This document shows positions 51,009 to 56,666 of a DNA stretch of 56,666 nt, piece after piece. The DNA lies in NCBI GenBank assembly GCA_016194725.1, contig JACQAW010000342.1, positions 1 to 56,666 on the forward strand, written 5' to 3'. The notes under the pieces were generated by a model. The model saw nothing but the letters and a program-made list of their open reading frames with translations. It searched no databases and had not been told where the DNA came from. The position numbers were made by a program, and so were the translations under genes. The stretch comes from Deltaproteobacteria bacterium (GTDB lineage: Bacteria; Bdellovibrionota; UBA1018; UBA923). Numbering within the stretch: position 1 is the stretch's first letter; every line of letters begins with the position of its first letter.

Positions 51009-53123
51009 ATGAAAAATGTAATGGCCCTGGCCTTGTGGCCCTGCTTGTTTTTGGTCGCGGTGTTGACCCAGTCTCGGGAATCGCGCGCGGACGACTGCGC
51101 CGCCTGCGACAAATACCTCGCGCTGATACCCCAATATTCTCTGGCCGAGCAGGCCGCAAATATCGGCACGCTGGCCCTGCATGCGCAGGGCGACGCGCCG
51201 GGGGTGGACCAGAAGCTGGCCGACGCGCTGGTGCGCCAGCTCAAAGCCGACACGCGCATCGCCCCCGAATGCCTGAAGTATGTGCTCTCAAAAGTACCGG
51301 CCGGGCCGCCCGTATCCGTTGTCGTGACTGGCACGCTTGGCGGCGCTCCGACGCTTTTTTCGCAGTCCGGCGATTACGCAGGCGGGTTGATGGGCGCGTT
51401 TCAGGGAATGCTGTCGCATTACAACCCCTGTTCGAATGCCAAGCCGGCGGACTATTCGGGCTGCGTGGCGGCCAACGGACCCGCGGCTTATCAGGCGTTT
51501 TCGCAGCGACTCGCGCAGGCAAGCGCTCAGGATCTGATTACCGAACTCGGCGGCTACAACTTTACGGTCACCGCGGCGGACGTGACGTTGCTCAAAGCCT
51601 ATGGCGCCGCGATCAACACCGGCTCGGGCGCGGCGCTCAGCGCCTGGGCGGCCGGTCCTGGCAAGCAGCTATCGACCGACCAGTTTCTCAACGTCACCCA
51701 GATGCTGGGCTGGACCATGAACGCCTATTACGGCAATGCGCGCGCGGACGGAAAGGGCCCCGAGACTCATGGCATCGTGAGCGTCGACCAGGCACTCGCG
51801 TCGATTCACAACAACTCGATGTACATGATCATGAATCAGAGCGATCCGGCTGCAGCAACGCTTGGCTCGTTCACCACGATTTGCCGTGATGCCGCCGTCG
51901 TGCAAGCCCAGTTTCTGCAAGCACGCGGGTTCCCAAACAGCTATACGGTGACTTACTTTTCGAATACGGGATCACACGTGGACGTCGTCACCCAAGACCC
52001 GGCCAACGCGCAGAAGCTTTACCTGATCAATTGGTACGGCCGCACCACGCGCGAGGGTATCGACGGCCCCCAGAGCCTGTATCAGGGCTCGGGTATGGGA
52101 ATTCCCGATTACACCACGAACTACGTGATTTCGGCCCCCGACGGCCATAACGTAGTCGACGTGCCCAGCGAGATGGGCAAGTTCCTGAATCTTGCCGCGG
52201 GCGGCGACCCGCATACCTATGACCAGCTCAGCCGGCCCACGAGCTCGATTCTGGCCGCGACGGTTTCGCCCGACGCGCGCGGGCTCGTGCAGCTGCGCGC
52301 GATTTACGGCAGCGACGGCGAAGGCGCGAAATACACGGGCGTCGCGACCTCGGTGCGTTGGGGCCAGGGCACCCGTTTTCCGGGCCAGGCTGGCGCTTTC
52401 CTGGGACAGCAGTTTCGTCCAGCCGCGGTCGCGGGACGCGACGACAACGGCACCGTGGCTCTGGCCTTTGCGCAGGTGGAACAACATGCAGTGACCTCGC
52501 CGGTGGCTATAGCCCCCAACGTCACGGGCGTGATCGATGTGCATCTGGCGGCTCTGGGTGCGCTGTCGCAGGTGACAAGCGGACCGGACTACGTGGGCGG
52601 AATGGACCTTTCGTCTTCGCTCAAAAACAATTTCAATGCCCAGGGTGACCAACGACTCGGCGTGGAGTCGCGCATTGATCAAACGGCATTTGGAGATCGC
52701 ATCAAAGCCCAGTACGTCGCTGGGGCTTCGGCGATGTTCGGGGCCTCGGACGTTCGCAATATCGACCCGGGGGCCGTGACGCTGGTTCCGCTCAACGCGT
52801 ATCTGGGTGCCCGAGCCACTTTGGATCTGGGTCCGTTTTCAATTATTGGGCAGTCCATGCTGGTGGTCGACCAGCTGGGCGCGCGCAATGTCGTCGAAGC
52901 CGGCGTGGTGTCGCGCATGCTCGCGGCCACGGTTTACGAGTCGGGACGCGTGACCCATGGTACGGCGCTGATTCAGGACAGCTCGATTCGCCGGGTGGGC
53001 GTGTCGCTTACCGTGGTGCCTGCCAAGGCTCTGCGCATCGGATTAACGGGTGAAACTCCCATCGAAGGCGCAAATCCACTGGCGGCAGCGCGCATCATTG
53101 GAACCGCGGGCGTGACGTATTAA
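51009..53123 (+). CDS. Large secreted protein: Cys-His-Asp (transglutaminase-like) central region plus beta-rich C-terminal ~300 aa
   Basis: Signal peptide present. TICRDAAVVQAQFLQARGF...GSHVDVVTQDP resembles a TGase-like core. The C-terminal third shows alternating beta periodicity and ends GTAGVTY. Confidence 0.5.
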   Translation: MKNVMALALWPCLFLVAVLTQSRESRADDCAACDKYLALIPQYSLAEQAANIGTLALHAQGDAPGVDQKLADALVRQLKADTRIAPECLKYVLSKVPAGPPVSVVVTGTLGGAPTLFSQSGDYAGGLMGAFQGMLSHYNPCSNAKPADYSGCVAANGPAAYQAFSQRLAQASAQDLITELGGYNFTVTAADVTLLKAYGAAINTGSGAALSAWAAGPGKQLSTDQFLNVTQMLGWTMNAYYGNARADGKGPETHGIVSVDQALASIHNNSMYMIMNQSDPAAATLGSFTTICRDAAVVQAQFLQARGFPNSYTVTYFSNTGSHVDVVTQDPANAQKLYLINWYGRTTREGIDGPQSLYQGSGMGIPDYTTNYVISAPDGHNVVDVPSEMGKFLNLAAGGDPHTYDQLSRPTSSILAATVSPDARGLVQLRAIYGSDGEGAKYTGVATSVRWGQGTRFPGQAGAFLGQQFRPAAVAGRDDNGTVALAFAQVEQHAVTSPVAIAPNVTGVIDVHLAALGALSQVTSGPDYVGGMDLSSSLKNNFNAQGDQRLGVESRIDQTAFGDRIKAQYVAGASAMFGASDVRNIDPGAVTLVPLNAYLGARATLDLGPFSIIGQSMLVVDQLGARNVVEAGVVSRMLAATVYESGRVTHGTALIQDSSIRRVGVSLTVVPAKALRIGLTGETPIEGANPLAAARIIGTAGVTY

Positions 53124-53244
53124 ATGGAATACATTGACAAGCGCACTATTCTGACCGTTGCCGTGCTGACGGCATTAGCCGCGATTTTGCTGAGCGTGAA
53201 AGCGGACGCGGCGCCGGCTCACGCCGCCCGGCCCGGCACGACAC

Positions 53245-53775
53245 TCAACGCAAGCGTTCGGCCGCGGGCAAACCCAGCTCACGGCGATACCAGCAGCCTT
53301 CGGAGATGATCGTGCGTGCCAGGGCCGCGGTATCGGTTCTGCGGCGCGCAGGCGTAGCGGTGCTGGAGCAGGCTTTGGCCAAACCGCGAATATCCTTGCT
53401 CAGGCGAAAGGCGATTTTCTGCGCGTTTGTGCAGCTGCGCACGATGACGTTCTGGGAAGCGAGGATGTCGCAATAGGCGGCCACGCTGGCAATCAGGTCT
53501 TTGCCCGAGCTGATTCCGCTATAAGCCGCACCCAGGCCGCAGCCGTGGTCGCTGGCCAGGGCGGCATCAAGGTCGCGCGGTTGATTGAGCGCCATGGCTT
53601 CGTTCTTAAAAGCCAGGTCGGAAAGCACCACCGCCGATTGCGCGGGGCTGGCCGCCGCCGCCGATTGCACGGCCGCGGGAGCGCCGCCGTCGCCGGTGGG
53701 CTTGGACCCTGAGCACCCTTGAGCGAATACCACCGCGCTGGCCACGAGCAGGTAGTTCCATCGATTTTTCAGCAT
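53245..53775 (-). CDS. Cys-rich lipoprotein, hypothetical
   Basis: Lipobox VVFAQGC. Multiple Cys residues. Confidence 0.5.
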   Translation of the reverse strand: MLKNRWNYLLVASAVVFAQGCSGSKPTGDGGAPAAVQSAAAASPAQSAVVLSDLAFKNEAMALNQPRDLDAALASDHGCGLGAAYSGISSGKDLIASVAAYCDILASQNVIVRSCTNAQKIAFRLSKDIRGLAKACSSTATPARRRTDTAALARTIISEGCWYRRELGLPAAERLR

Positions 53776-53920
53776 AAAGCCTCCGTATAAATAAAATACG
53801 TTTGCATAGGTAGCAAATAGCGTACCGCCGGCCTTGTGCGGAGAATGGGGATCGGCGTCATGATGTACCGCGTCTTTTTTACAATATCGGTGTCAATATG
53901 ACAGCCCGAACCACCTGATT

Positions 53921-54868
53921 TCAAGGGGTTACTTGCGTGCGGTGTGCAGCTGCGCCAGTACGGCGCCTCGGACTTTTTCGTCCAAACCTTCGATGTTTTC
54001 GATGAAGCGAATCGCGCTGGAGAGCAGAATCGCGGCCTGCGGCGCCGGTACCGTGCCGGCGACCGTCGTGCGTGGTGGGAATATTGGCGCTGTTGTCGGC
54101 CATTTTCGACGCCGCGATTTCCAGCCCAAACCATTTATCGATTTGATTTTTGAGCGAAGCGGGGGCATCGATATACGTGCAGCCCACCAGCTGGGCGGTT
54201 TTGCGCGCGACCTCAAGCTTCAGCGATACCGTTTCGTTCCCCCGTACCAGATTGCCCGTCATCCGGGCGCCAGGCTCCGGCCAGGCCACGGTGATGTCGT
54301 TCACGAAGGCAATGCCCGACACCGACAGGTTGGCGACTTTGTAGCTGACAGGTTTCGGCAAATCCAGGCGCTGAAAGGATACACCATGCAAAGGCAGCAT
54401 TCGCACCCGCACCGGGCGCAGCACCCGGCGGGTTTGCTGATTATTTGGGGCCGACGCCGAAGCGTTTGCGGGGGCGTCGGCTCGGGGGGTGTGCCCGCTT
54501 TTCTTTTTCAGCTCCTCGAGCGTGTAGGGTGGAACCTCCTGGGTGAAGGTGAAAAAGAAAAACTGCTCGCCCGCCTCGATAACGCTGCAGTCCTTGATGT
54601 CGATGCGGGTGCCCTTGGTCGCCTTTACGCCGTTGACCACGGTGCCATTGGTGCTGCCCAGGTCTTCGACCGACGCGGCCTGCACGCCGGCCCCCGCCAC
54701 GTGAAGGCGAAAGTGCTGGCGGCTCAAACGGCCGTCTTGCGGAAAGTTAAGATCGCCTGAGGTGCGCCCAATGACGTGCTGGTCGCGCACGGAATAGAAC
54801 TTCGCGAGCATCATGTCGTAAAGAAACGGCCCCGGATCGCGGGCAAGTATCGAAGCACTCATCTCCAT
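53921..54868 (-). CDS. FHA domain - PilZ domain protein (3' end probably frameshifted; alternative stop at 53929)
   Basis: FHA features are GRTSGDLNFPQDGRLSRQHFRL...GSTNGTVVNG. PilZ features are RRVLRPVR...NLSVSGIAF. Confidence 0.7.
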   Translation of the reverse strand: MEMSASILARDPGPFLYDMMLAKFYSVRDQHVIGRTSGDLNFPQDGRLSRQHFRLHVAGAGVQAASVEDLGSTNGTVVNGVKATKGTRIDIKDCSVIEAGEQFFFFTFTQEVPPYTLEELKKKSGHTPRADAPANASASAPNNQQTRRVLRPVRVRMLPLHGVSFQRLDLPKPVSYKVANLSVSGIAFVNDITVAWPEPGARMTGNLVRGNETVSLKLEVARKTAQLVGCTYIDAPASLKNQIDKWFGLEIAASKMADNSANIPTTHDGRRHGTGAAGRDSALQRDSLHRKHRRFGRKSPRRRTGAAAHRTQVTP

Positions 54869-54981
54869 TCATTGTAGCCAGCCAGGCGTCGGTGGTCAAA
54901 TGTCGAAAAAGTGCGCGGACGGCGTTAGGCAACGTGGCACGGGCGTTGCTCTGGTTTCAGCATCGAAAGGCGGGAAGTTGC

Positions 54982-55632
54982 ATGTTCAAACGGATGAACT
55001 CAGTTGGGCCACGGGTCCTGGTGGTTGGAATTCTGGCGGCGGTTTTTGCGTCGGGCTGTACCTCGCCTGAGAAGCGCACGGGCATTGGCGCCGGGGTGGG
55101 TGCGGGCACGGGAGCGATCATAGGCGGACTGGGCGCCGGCTGGAAAGGCGCGGCAATTGGCGCGGCAGCGGGAGCCGCGACGGGTGCTGCAGTGGGCAAT
55201 TATCTCGACAAACAGGCCAAGGAGCTGGCGGAGGTGGCGGCAACGAGACGAGTTAAAGATGGAATTCTCGTCGATCTCAAAAGCGATCTGTTGTTTGACG
55301 TCGGCAGCTCGCAGGTTAAGCCCAAAGCAAGACAGCAGCTGCAGCAGCTGGGGCAGATTCTGGTGAAATATCCTGACGACCGGATTCGCGTCGAGGGTTT
55401 TACCGACAGCACCGGGACGGCCACCTTGAACGAGGTGCTTTCGCGTCAGCGCGCCGATTCGGTGCGCGAAATTTTGCAGTCCCAGGGCGTGCGGAGCGAT
55501 CAGATTCTTGTCTTTGGCTACGGCGAGAGCAGGCCCATCGCCAGTAACACCTCGCCTACGGGACGTCAGCTGAATCGGCGGGTCGACCTGATCATCGATG
55601 TGCCTCAGGGGCGTGTTCCCGCGAGCAAATAG
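54982..55632 (+). CDS. OmpA-family lipoprotein with a glycine-zipper segment
   Basis: ORF 54892..55632. The ATG at 54982 gives MFKRMNSVGPRVLVVGILAAVFASGC. It has a GAGVGAGTGAIIGGLGAG zipper, and the OmpA_C-like region reads RVEGFTDSTGTATLNEVLSRQRADSV. Confidence 0.8.
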   Translation: MFKRMNSVGPRVLVVGILAAVFASGCTSPEKRTGIGAGVGAGTGAIIGGLGAGWKGAAIGAAAGAATGAAVGNYLDKQAKELAEVAATRRVKDGILVDLKSDLLFDVGSSQVKPKARQQLQQLGQILVKYPDDRIRVEGFTDSTGTATLNEVLSRQRADSVREILQSQGVRSDQILVFGYGESRPIASNTSPTGRQLNRRVDLIIDVPQGRVPASK

Positions 55633-55740
55633 AACTCCCGAACGTTCGCGAGCGGGCAGCTTGCCTGCACCCGCGCCCTGGCTCAACGCAATCCGCTGTG
55701 GCGACTAGAGGCTGCTAGCACGCTTGACTTACCCTGGTGC

Positions 55741-56475
55741 TTGAGAAAATCTTGGCTGGTGATTTCCATTTCGCCACAGATAGAGCCGTTTCCCGCCACT
55801 CTTTCAGGCCTGGCCCGGGGTTATGCGGCACTGCTTCCGCTTGCCGCCGCGGAGTCGGAGTCTCTCGCCCAGCTTGGTATTGCGTGTCCGGAGTCGCTGC
55901 GCAAGGCCGTGGCCAAACGTCAAAATGAGTTTCTCGCTGGCCGTTACTGTGCGTATCGGGCCCTGGCTCAGCTGACCCCCGACCAGCTTTCATCGATTGG
56001 AATTGGCGAAGACTACGCGCCGGTTTGGCCGAAGGGGTTCGTGGGTTCGATTACCCATACCCGAGGCTACGTTGCCGCGGCGGTGGCGCGCGCGGCTGAT
56101 CGGTGCGGAATCGGCATCGACGTCGAGCAGGTCATGGCGCAGGAGAAGGCCACCAACCTTTGCCAGCACATCCTTACCGATGAGGAGTGGCGCAGATTCG
56201 AAAACGCCGGCGCGTTCAGCGTGGGCGAGCTGGTCAGCCTGGTGTTCTCGGCCAAGGAAAGCGTTTACAAATGCCTGCGGCCGCTGACTGGAAAGTATTT
56301 TGGATTTCAGGCGGCTGAGCTGTTCGAGCTCAGCCGCGAGAGCGGCACGTTCAAAGTGCGACTGCTCAAATCGGTGGGTGGCGGCTTTGAGCCAGGCTGG
56401 TGTGGCAGCGGACGCTTCGCGCTGACGAGCTCGCGTGTGTTCACCGCGGTTGAGCTGGTGAGCAATGCGGGCTAG
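55741..56475 (+). CDS. 4'-phosphopantetheinyl transferase (EntD/Sfp type)
   Basis: Motifs are FLAGRYCA, GSITHT, GIDVE and FSAKESVYK. TTG start per the ORF track. Confidence 0.75.
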   Translation: MRKSWLVISISPQIEPFPATLSGLARGYAALLPLAAAESESLAQLGIACPESLRKAVAKRQNEFLAGRYCAYRALAQLTPDQLSSIGIGEDYAPVWPKGFVGSITHTRGYVAAAVARAADRCGIGIDVEQVMAQEKATNLCQHILTDEEWRRFENAGAFSVGELVSLVFSAKESVYKCLRPLTGKYFGFQAAELFELSRESGTFKVRLLKSVGGGFEPGWCGSGRFALTSSRVFTAVELVSNAG

Positions 56476-56666
56476 CTGTTCATGAAAAAATGCGTGCTCA
56501 GCACGAATGCCGATGCGGCAAAGCAGTAATAGCCGAACCAGCGCCAGCGGCCCTGATCAATCCAGCTCGAAACCCAGCGCAGCGCAAGCAGCCCCGCGCC
56601 GAAGCTGAACACCATTCCAACCAGGCCGGGCAGCAGCAGCTCGGGCAACGTGGCGCCCGACAACGC
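56472..56666 (-). CDS. uppP: Undecaprenyl-diphosphate phosphatase (UppP/BacA), C-terminal part; gene continues beyond the window
   Basis: ...GLVGMVFSFGAGLLALRWVSSWIDQGRWRWFGYYCFAASAFVL resembles the last two BacA helices. The frame is open to the window edge. Confidence 0.5.
   Translation of the reverse strand, partial: ALSGATLPELLLPGLVGMVFSFGAGLLALRWVSSWIDQGRWRWFGYYCFAASAFVLSTHFFMNS

Noticed and set aside
53124-53309. A 61-aa ORF starting immediately after the stop of the 704-aa gene, with a signal-peptide-like N-terminus (MEYIDKRTILTVAVLTALAAILLSVKADA).
   Set aside because: It overlaps the 3' end of the convergent lipoprotein gene by 65 nt, and its C-terminal half is low-complexity Arg/Pro/Ala. 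It may be real, but I cannot support it from sequence alone.

Overview
High-GC, GC3-rich chromosomal window from a diderm bacterium, judged from LptE, an OmpA-type lipoprotein, a fimbrial usher and many lipoprotein and secreted genes. The repertoire loosely recalls Bdellovibrionota or Myxococcota-type genomes, but that is only an impression. I support about 60 protein genes and one tRNA. I recognise no rRNA, CRISPR array, IS element, transposase or integrase.

Layout:
- 0-9 kb: housekeeping and envelope genes (lptE', holA, rpsT, a gltP-like symporter, a cupredoxin, elbB, greB, a DUF3857/transglutaminase protein, a GYF-RDD protein).
- 9.4-14.6 kb: an archaic (sigma-type) chaperone-usher pilus locus with spore-coat-U (SCPU)-type subunits. 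Its usher gene is split from its own signal peptide by a T10 homopolymer.
- 14.7-29.3 kb: a secreted FGE-like protein plus a papain-family peptidase, diverging from a tightly coupled operon of ABC ATPase, large membrane protein and SAM methyltransferase. Then a GH15 glucoamylase, a lipoprotein-type prolyl aminopeptidase, a GAF-HD-GYP protein, hydrolase and OM-channel genes, and a family-5 SBP with DoxX.
- 29.4-37.5 kb: tRNA-Leu(UAA) followed by an AT-richer island of about 8 kb that lacks an integrase and is visibly decayed. Imperfect direct repeats bound it. It carries AbiEi with an AbiEii stub, a truncated YcaO-like gene, a frameshifted replication-relaxation gene, HigBA, and an orphan pair of an 888-aa secreted protein and a membrane coiled-coil protein.
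- 37.5-56.7 kb: small Cys-rich secreted proteins, a GAF-PAS protein, a tandem SRPBCC protein with a degraded ArsR-like gene upstream, a large metallophosphoesterase, a polysaccharide deacetylase, several beta-rich secreted or OM-like orphans, an FHA-PilZ gene with a 3' frame switch, an OmpA-like lipoprotein, a PPTase and uppP'.

The best candidates for something new are the tRNA-Leu island cargo (33.6-36.3 kb plus its partner gene), the homopolymer-gated usher, and the ABC/membrane/methyltransferase operon. All functional calls rest on motifs read by eye. No database search was run.
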